DNA from: Nanobdellota archaeon
Lineage (GTDB): Archaea; Nanobdellota; Nanobdellia; Parvarchaeales; Parvarchaeaceae
NCBI GenBank assembly: GCA_021851145.1
Contig: JAJZJK010000003.1
Location: 1-43,985, forward strand
Direction of reading: 5' to 3'
Length of the DNA: 43,985 nt
Below the pieces are notes generated by a model. The model was given only the letters and a program-made list of their open reading frames with translations, ran no database searches and was not told the origin of the DNA. Positions 37,480 through 43,985 of this stretch are shown here, piece after piece; position 1 is the stretch's first letter, and the number at the start of each line of letters is the position of its first letter. The translations under genes were made by a program, and so were the position numbers.

Positions 37480-37880
37480 ATTTTATTTTCCTGACCGCTA
37501 AGAACTTCTCCTTTTTCTACTTTTACAAAATCAGGCACAACTAAAAGATAATCCTCATCTACTCCGATTATCTGTGCTTCTGCAGCATCTGCACTTTTCT
37601 TTAATTTTGAAATTGTGCGTTTCAATTCATCTACCCCGCCTTTTTCTCTTATTTCTTTTACTTTTATAAATGATAAAGTGTACCCGGAACGAATGTCATT
37701 TAGTATGGAACTTGCGTCTTCAAATTTGTTGATATTATAGTACTTTACAAATATTTTAGCCATAGGCTTATCACCCTGCTCAACTTCCAACTCAACGTAG
37801 TCACCACTTTGACTTGAAGAATCAACATTCACATTCTTCTTGAATATATTCAAGAAATTATCAAACGAAAGATCTACCAT
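37476..37880 (-). CDS. sepF: Cell division protein SepF
   Basis: DYVEL, ILNDIRSG, ELKRTISKLK, YLLVVP; GAGGTG Shine-Dalgarno upstream. Confidence 0.88.
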   Translation of the reverse strand: MVDLSFDNFLNIFKKNVNVDSSSQSGDYVELEVEQGDKPMAKIFVKYYNINKFEDASSILNDIRSGYTLSFIKVKEIREKGGVDELKRTISKLKKSADAAEAQIIGVDEDYLLVVPDFVKVEKGEVLSGQENKI

Positions 37881-37980
37881 GTTTACACCTCACAACTTAA
37901 TTTTAATCCTATAAGAAGATAAGCAAATTTTAGTATTTAAGTTTATCATTATTGATGTTAATGCAATTTTGCAATAAATA

Positions 37981-38063
37981 TGCAGAGGGAGGGATTTGAA
38001 CCCTCGAAGGCCTAAGCCATAAGGTCCTAAGCCTTACACGTTTGACCGCTTCGTTACCTCTGC
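37981..38063 (-). tRNA. trnL: tRNA-Leu(UAG)
   Basis: TAAGG-CT TAG GA-CCTTA; 81 of 83 nt identical to 9728..9810. Confidence 0.95.
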
Positions 38064-38074
38064 AATAACTATTT

Positions 38075-38509
38075 TTAAACTCTTTTTATGTCAACAACAT
38101 CCCCAAATGACAGTTTATCGCTATCAATTGTAGAGCGGGAATCTGAAACATAATCAAGCTCATATAAAGAGATTTTAAGGGTATTTTCTATTTTTGAGGT
38201 TATATCATTATCCGGCAATATTTCTCCAGTAAGTATTTTTTTTAAGTCTTTTGGAGAGCATTTCATGTATTCTGCAGCCTTATCAATTGAAAGCTGTTTT
38301 TCCTCCAATGCCTTCTTTATAACATCCAGATAATCATATTTTAGCTGCCTTTCACTTTTAATTCTTTTTAGTGGTTCATTGTTTATAGGCGCATAAAATT
38401 CAATAACCTTACCGTACTTTGAACAGTTCTTACATAAGTTCATTACAGCACCTTCTACTTCAGTCTTTAAAAGATTCTCTTCAAACGCGCCACATATTTC
38501 GCAATTCAT
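38075..38509 (-). CDS. mbf1: Archaeal multiprotein bridging factor aMBF1
   Basis: CEICG...VEGA.M.LC..C.KYG zinc ribbon, HTH, SFGDVV. Confidence 0.9.
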   Translation of the reverse strand: MNCEICGAFEENLLKTEVEGAVMNLCKNCSKYGKVIEFYAPINNEPLKRIKSERQLKYDYLDVIKKALEEKQLSIDKAAEYMKCSPKDLKKILTGEILPDNDITSKIENTLKISLYELDYVSDSRSTIDSDKLSFGDVVDIKRV

Positions 38510-40164
38510 TGTATAAAACCATCAAGATATATCTCAGCAAGAGAGATAGGCAATTCTATGCTAAATAAATTTAATACCCTCGGATGAACCTCTCCTGCAA
38601 TCCCTATCTCTTTGCCATCTGCAATAACTGTGTACCCTCTGCCGTCTATAAAGGTCTTTGAGTAATTTTCATCGGCATATCTTGTAGAGACATTTTTAAC
38701 CATAAATGAATCAGATAGCAATTTCTTTAGTATTGACAAAGTTTCGGTTATATTTGCATCTTTCTCGCAAGAGACTATTGAAAGCTTTAACACATTTTTG
38801 AATTTTACATCCGATTTTCCTAACTTAGGAACTTCAGATAAAGAGAAGATTTTCTGCGGAAATTTTTTGTGTAGATTATTTGAGATGAGCCTAAAAAGCT
38901 CAGGAAATATATATTTGCTTGCCATAGTTACATCGCCACTCTTAAGAGGGAACAGACTAACATAATCCTCCCCTTTTATATAGGTATTTTGAAATTGGTA
39001 TTTCTCATTTGTTAGTAGGTTTATATCTATCTCTTGATAACCAAAACCCACTAAAATCTCTCTTAAATTCTGTAAGGTATAATGATTTTGCAGTAACTGC
39101 CCTTCAGTATAAATATTAGGTTTTGTTTCAGGTATATCATTTATTCCAAAAGACCTCATTATATCATCCACAATATCAACTTGATGCATTATATCCTGCC
39201 TATAAAATGGCGGTTCAACTAAAATATCCTTTCCTACGAATTTAACGTTATAATCCAATTCTGAAAGCATTTTTGCTGCTAGATTTTTGCTTATTGCTAC
39301 CCCTAATAAAGACTTTATAGAATTCTCATTCAAATAAAATCTGTGGGTGGAAGTTGAAAGGCTAGTTGAAATTAATTTATTTTTATATCTAATTTTTATT
39401 ATTGACACTTTACCCAAGAATTGAAAGTTATATATAAGTATTTTAGTAACAGAATTTACAGTTTCTTTGTCAGTACCGGTTATATCTACGAATAATTCTT
39501 TAGTGTTTTTATTAATAGAGTATTTGTCTGCATTTATTATAGGAGGCATAGCAATTATATCATTTTGGTTATCCAACCAAACTATTGGATTAGTAGTGAT
39601 TAAATTCTTGTATTCATTCGCTTGTTTCACTTCTTTAATGATTGCGTCATAATTTTTTTGCGAGGAGTAACCCAATGGTACAAAATTAACTTTTTTCTTT
39701 GAAACTTCACAGTATTTAATAGGAAATGATATTTTTTTATAGTCAAAAAGTCCAATAGCCGAGTTTTTTCTATTTCTACCAATATTTTTATCTAGCCTTT
39801 CCTGAATGGCTAAAACTTCGTTTAAGTTATCTCCTATTTCACTATCAAGCACTATATGCAAGGCGTTTACGAATTTTCTTTCTGTTTGCTCTACTGAGAC
39901 ATCTAAATTTTCATTCCCTATAGAAACGTGCCTATTCATCTTTATCCCAAGCTGGCTGGCAAAGATATTGGCAAGAGAATACTTTGAGACTATATCTGTC
40001 CTATCCGGAGTAAGCTCAAAATTAAGTACGTTCTCTCCTTCATCCAAGTCTAATCCAAACTTAAGTGCTATATCTTCATAATTGGTTATCTTAAGTTTTT
40101 TATTAAGAACTTTGTTCATCTCATCCAAACTATAATTAAGCATTACCATACTAAAACTCTCCAA
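38506..40164 (-). CDS. pheT: Phenylalanyl-tRNA synthetase beta subunit
   Basis: PDRTD, MPPIINA, FVDITG, PFYRQDIMH.VDIVDD, GEVHP.VL. Confidence 0.96.
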   Translation of the reverse strand: MESFSMVMLNYSLDEMNKVLNKKLKITNYEDIALKFGLDLDEGENVLNFELTPDRTDIVSKYSLANIFASQLGIKMNRHVSIGNENLDVSVEQTERKFVNALHIVLDSEIGDNLNEVLAIQERLDKNIGRNRKNSAIGLFDYKKISFPIKYCEVSKKKVNFVPLGYSSQKNYDAIIKEVKQANEYKNLITTNPIVWLDNQNDIIAMPPIINADKYSINKNTKELFVDITGTDKETVNSVTKILIYNFQFLGKVSIIKIRYKNKLISTSLSTSTHRFYLNENSIKSLLGVAISKNLAAKMLSELDYNVKFVGKDILVEPPFYRQDIMHQVDIVDDIMRSFGINDIPETKPNIYTEGQLLQNHYTLQNLREILVGFGYQEIDINLLTNEKYQFQNTYIKGEDYVSLFPLKSGDVTMASKYIFPELFRLISNNLHKKFPQKIFSLSEVPKLGKSDVKFKNVLKLSIVSCEKDANITETLSILKKLLSDSFMVKNVSTRYADENYSKTFIDGRGYTVIADGKEIGIAGEVHPRVLNLFSIELPISLAEIYLDGFIQ

Positions 40165-41677
40165 AAACCTTTACAGATTCTAATTCTCTTAGCAAGTCAA
40201 TATCTGTATAAGCGCCATATAAATCCCGTATATCTGCCATACCTAATTTAAGATTCAGCATTCTTTCCATTCCGAAGCCCCATGCTATTATATTCTTGTT
40301 TATTCCAAATGGCCTTAATGTTTCAGGCCTAAATACTCCAGAATTTCCTACTTCAATCCATCTTTTTAGTTTTGGACTAAATGCTTGTATTTCTAAACTT
40401 GGCTCAGTATAGGGGTTGTATGTCGGTTTAAGCCTTATCTTCTCTATTCCTATCTTTTTGTAAAATTGTTTTATATAACCAATTAAATCAGACACTGTTA
40501 AGTTATCTCCGTAAACTACTCCTTCTATTTGGTATAATTCTAAAAGGTGGGTATTGTCCATTGTTTCGTTCCTAAACCCTTTGTCTACTGAGAAGAACTT
40601 TGCAGGTTTATTTTTATTTTTTGATATAAATTCATAGATATACCTAAAAGTTGTTGCAGTTGTATGCCCCCGCATTATAAGTGAAGTGCTTTTTGAAGTA
40701 TCGAATTTTCTTCTATATCCTATGGACTCATCATATTTAGATGAAAAAAACCCATTCTCATAAACTTTCTTTACATTTTTAAGAAGTCCATCTGGTACAT
40801 TTCCTTCTAAACCATTCAAATATACAGTATCCTGTATTTCTCTGTCTGGATGATCTTGTCTAAACATCATTACATCAAAATTCCAAAAAGTCGACTCTAC
40901 AAAATTACTATGCATCTCTGAGAACCCCATAGAAACCATTGCATCTTTTATAAGTGAAATAAATTTGGTCTTAATATTTGTTTTTCCAGATAAGGAACCA
41001 AGTATTTCTGGATTCTCACTATATTCTCGAAAGCTTAACCCCTGCCAATTTTTTATGTTATTTGTAGAAAGTTTGTCAATGAATTCCTTACTAAATTCTG
41101 GATTTTTAAGAATTTTTATACCTTCTTTAGTTATAGAGAATTTTTCTTTTATCTCGTTAATTTGCTCAATTATACCTCTTTTTATAAAATCTTGAACGGA
41201 ATTAAAATCAATATTTTTGCCATTTTCTATTGATATCAAAATTTTATTTCTCTCTTCTATCTGTGAAGACTTGTCCAAATTTGCAGTAATTTTACCTCCA
41301 TCAACATTTATTGCAAGTAACCGCTTTAAAACGCCAATAGCTGCATTAAGTTCATCTTTATCCATTGGGACGCTAGAAAAAAGTTGCTTATACTCAAAAG
41401 TTTTATTTATTCTAGCAAAATCAAAAACCCTGTATTCTGGCAGCCCCTCTTTCAGGTATTTCTGCCCCAGCGGTGTAAGTCTAAACACTGTTTCGGTTAT
41501 ACTTTCAATGTTTACAAGACCAAGGGATAAAAGCTTTCTAGCAGAATTTATAACAGCTGCCCTTTCAAGGCCACATTTCAGTTCTACCTCATTTGAAAAC
41601 ATCTCTCCGTTTTCAAGAGCAGAAAGTAAAATTTTATCTGTCTTACTAAGCATTCTTATGATATTCTTTTCTTCCAT
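40151..41677 (-). CDS. pheS: Phenylalanyl-tRNA synthetase alpha subunit
   Basis: FWNFD, QDHP.RE.QDT, RGHTT, FRNE, PYTEPS, EVGNSGVFRPE, WGFGMER. Confidence 0.97.
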   Translation of the reverse strand: MEEKNIIRMLSKTDKILLSALENGEMFSNEVELKCGLERAAVINSARKLLSLGLVNIESITETVFRLTPLGQKYLKEGLPEYRVFDFARINKTFEYKQLFSSVPMDKDELNAAIGVLKRLLAINVDGGKITANLDKSSQIEERNKILISIENGKNIDFNSVQDFIKRGIIEQINEIKEKFSITKEGIKILKNPEFSKEFIDKLSTNNIKNWQGLSFREYSENPEILGSLSGKTNIKTKFISLIKDAMVSMGFSEMHSNFVESTFWNFDVMMFRQDHPDREIQDTVYLNGLEGNVPDGLLKNVKKVYENGFFSSKYDESIGYRRKFDTSKSTSLIMRGHTTATTFRYIYEFISKNKNKPAKFFSVDKGFRNETMDNTHLLELYQIEGVVYGDNLTVSDLIGYIKQFYKKIGIEKIRLKPTYNPYTEPSLEIQAFSPKLKRWIEVGNSGVFRPETLRPFGINKNIIAWGFGMERMLNLKLGMADIRDLYGAYTDIDLLRELESVKVFGEF

Positions 41678-41703
41678 CTTAAGATAAAAGTAATCTACAT
41701 AAA

Positions 41704-43089
41704 TTAAAAGGTTTTAATCTCTCCTTTTTCTACCAGCTTTTTAGCGATATAAGGCCCTGATGAATAAAGACCTGAAAATTTCGATTCAATTTTAGTGCCA
41801 TATAATGCTTCTCCCACTGGAAATGCTATTGAGAAGGAAGGATTAAAACTATAACCAAAAGATTCCTTTATAAATTTTGGAAGTTTTAATTTGTCCAACT
41901 CAGATAAAAAATCCTCACTAGAATCAAATTTCATTGAAAGCGTTGAAACTGCAGACTCAAGACGGTTTACTGAAAGGAATAGATCATATCCTTCTAATGG
42001 AAAATCCTCCTGTACGGATTCTAAGGCCTTCTCCGCATAATAACTTGCCATCTGTTCGCTAGTTGCACCTGCTCCATGGGATATTTCATGGAAAAGAGCA
42101 AATAAATATTCTGGGACAGCATTAAACCTGTCTGTATTTAGGAAAACTGGGCTGTATGATTTCTTTTTTATAAATTTTCCGATAAGAGAGTTATAAACTA
42201 AAGTGAACCCCCCTACTCCTCTTGGGGAATGATGTAAAACTAGGTTAGGAGCTATACTTTTTTTAAGTACTTTGGAGATATAAGGCAGCATTAATTTCTC
42301 ATATTCTCGTAAACCCTCCTCAGAATTCATTGCACCTTTGTAAGCTTTTGTGGACGACAACATATAAATTGCATTCAAATTCGTAAGAGAAGGCGTTATC
42401 CTAGACTGGAAAAACGCTTCATTGTATTTTTTAAAGGTATCCTTAAAATCTTTCGAGTAGTTTCTTATATCTTTTTCTATTTCTTCGAGCTCTAACTTTT
42501 TATGATTAAACACTGCTGAAGTACCGCCAATAATAAAAGCTGTTCCTAGCATAGATATCAAACTAGTTATAATTGGAACTTCCAACAGCATATAACCATT
42601 ATACATAAGCTGTCCTTGTAAAACGTTCATAAATGAAAGTTTCAATGTTGAAGAGTAATAAGCCGTCTCACCAAAAAGGGATAAAAGCTCTGCTAATTCA
42701 CCCCCTACCGCGCCTATAGACATTGTTGAAAGCAGGTGGCTGTTTGTTTTTTCAATCATGTAATCATAAGCTTTTGCAACTAACTTGGCAGGGGACATAA
42801 GTATGTTGTAAAAAACTTTTTTTGCAAGATGTGCGACTTTTTTGGGTTTAAATCCTGTATACCCCTCCCAGTAATCTAAAATACTTCGTAAATACCTCTC
42901 TAAACCTTCTTTGCCGTATGAATTTGTTATAAAATCTTTGTTAAGTTTCTTGACTGCTCTTACTGTGGTTTTTTCTGCACTGTCTTTTAATAAATCATCT
43001 ATTGACTCTTTATTGCTTCCTTCTAGGCTTGACAGGATAGAATAGAGCTTTGAAGCACTTTCTACTGAGTCCATCTTATTTGATGACAA
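41704..43089 (-). CDS. Hypothetical membrane protein with HExxH zinc-peptidase-like motif
   Basis: Hydrophobic segments in the N-terminal half; LFHEISHGAGATSEQMA. Confidence 0.6.
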   Translation of the reverse strand: MSSNKMDSVESASKLYSILSSLEGSNKESIDDLLKDSAEKTTVRAVKKLNKDFITNSYGKEGLERYLRSILDYWEGYTGFKPKKVAHLAKKVFYNILMSPAKLVAKAYDYMIEKTNSHLLSTMSIGAVGGELAELLSLFGETAYYSSTLKLSFMNVLQGQLMYNGYMLLEVPIITSLISMLGTAFIIGGTSAVFNHKKLELEEIEKDIRNYSKDFKDTFKKYNEAFFQSRITPSLTNLNAIYMLSSTKAYKGAMNSEEGLREYEKLMLPYISKVLKKSIAPNLVLHHSPRGVGGFTLVYNSLIGKFIKKKSYSPVFLNTDRFNAVPEYLFALFHEISHGAGATSEQMASYYAEKALESVQEDFPLEGYDLFLSVNRLESAVSTLSMKFDSSEDFLSELDKLKLPKFIKESFGYSFNPSFSIAFPVGEALYGTKIESKFSGLYSSGPYIAKKLVEKGEIKTF

Positions 43090-43126
43090 TAATTAGTATA
43101 AATATATTAAAAATTTCCATAACCTA

Positions 43127-43636
43127 ATGATAATAGCGATATCTGGCACACCTGGCACTGGAAAGCACACTATTGCAAAAATACTTGCAAAAGAGATGAA
43201 GTATAAAGTATTGGACTTAAACCCTGTTCTTAATTCTGGCAAAAAAGAAAAAGAGGTAACACTTAAAGAGGTAAATTTAGCTTTTCAAAGAAATAAAACT
43301 GATAATCTAATTGTTGTTTCGCACTTAGCTCATTTTATAAAATCTAATAAAATAAATTTTGTGATAGTGCTTAGAACTAACCCTTTAGTACTAGTAAAAA
43401 GGCTGAAAAAAAGAGGATATAAGAAATCAAAGATATATGATAATGCTATCTTTGAGGCTATGGATGGAACGTACGCAGAAGCTTCAAAAATGAAAAAAGA
43501 AGTATTTCAGATTAATAATACAAAAAACTTAGAAATGACTATCAAAAAGGCAAAGTCAATAATAAACGGAAAGGGGAAAGGAGATATTGTTGATTTTTCT
43601 GATACAATTCTTAAAATAGAAAAAATGTTTAAATAA
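43127..43636 (+). CDS. Adenylate kinase, AK6/Fap7 family
   Basis: ISGTPGTGK, VVSHLAH, VLRTNP..L..RL..RGY...KI.DN. Confidence 0.9.
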   Translation: MIIAISGTPGTGKHTIAKILAKEMKYKVLDLNPVLNSGKKEKEVTLKEVNLAFQRNKTDNLIVVSHLAHFIKSNKINFVIVLRTNPLVLVKRLKKRGYKKSKIYDNAIFEAMDGTYAEASKMKKEVFQINNTKNLEMTIKKAKSIINGKGKGDIVDFSDTILKIEKMFK

Positions 43637-43656
43637 AAGTAATTTTTATAATAAAG

Positions 43657-43985
43657 ATGGAGATAAAAGAAATAAAAGCGCTTAAGATATTGAATGCAAA
43701 TTCTAATTTTACTGTCGAGGTTATAATAAATTCGGAAAATGGCCAATTTAGAGGATCTTCTCCTGCTGGTGAGAGTAACAGCAAGTATGAAGTAAGTCAA
43801 TTTAGCAATGGCATAGACCAGGAGATAAGTAGTTTTAATACCTACCTAAAAAACTTAATTGGAAAAGCTATAAACAGCTTAGAAGACATTTTTAATATAG
43901 AAAAAGAAATTCCTAAAGAGTTTATAGGCGGGCCTTCACTTTCACTTTCTTACGCACTTATATACGCTTTAAGTTCAGATTTAAA
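43657..43985 (+). CDS. eno: Enolase-like protein, N-terminal part (runs off the window)
   Basis: MEIKEIKALKILNANSNFTVEV...SSPAGESNSKYEV resembles the enolase N-terminus; frame open to the window end; absent from the ORF track. Confidence 0.7.
   Translation, partial: MEIKEIKALKILNANSNFTVEVIINSENGQFRGSSPAGESNSKYEVSQFSNGIDQEISSFNTYLKNLIGKAINSLEDIFNIEKEIPKEFIGGPSLSLSYALIYALSSDL

Noticed and set aside
9728-38063. Two near-identical tRNA-Leu copies as attL/attR of a 28-kb integrated element
   Set aside because: Both copies are full length with different anticodons, the intervening DNA is core housekeeping genes, and there is no integrase
1-43985. CRISPR array, IS element or prophage
   Set aside because: No regularly spaced repeats, terminal inverted repeats, transposase, integrase or capsid genes recognised by eye

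Overview
Low-GC, gene-dense archaeal chromosomal segment. Thermopsin, AglB, cupin PGI, TFE, Rpo4, PCNA, SepF and a 16S 5' end with mismatches to primer 21F suggest a small acidophilic DPANN archaeon (Parvarchaeum/ARMAN-like; inference). Most of it is housekeeping: the 5' end of 16S rRNA with its leader, six tRNA genes, and about 50 CDS. The best signals are at the RNA level. (1) cbf5 is not a pseudogene: a 12-nt, stop-containing, bulge-helix-bulge/loop-type mRNA intron (12490-12501) sits inside the catalytic Asp codon, and removing it restores GYSGTLDPNVTG and a 332-aa protein. (2) A tRNA-Leu has anticodon AAG (A34, very rare in archaea) and differs at only 2 nt from the tRNA-Leu(UAG) 28 kb away. 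(3) A 39-nt tRNA-Trp intron appears to keep a minimal box C/D-like guide for C34 and shares its 3' splice junction (GAAGAA|A) with the cbf5 intron. Also present: a 725-aa tandem metallophosphoesterase and a small variable islet (kinase-like gene plus a fragmented gene) at tRNA-Val. No CRISPR array, transposase or integrase was seen. All protein calls come from motif recognition by eye, not database searches.
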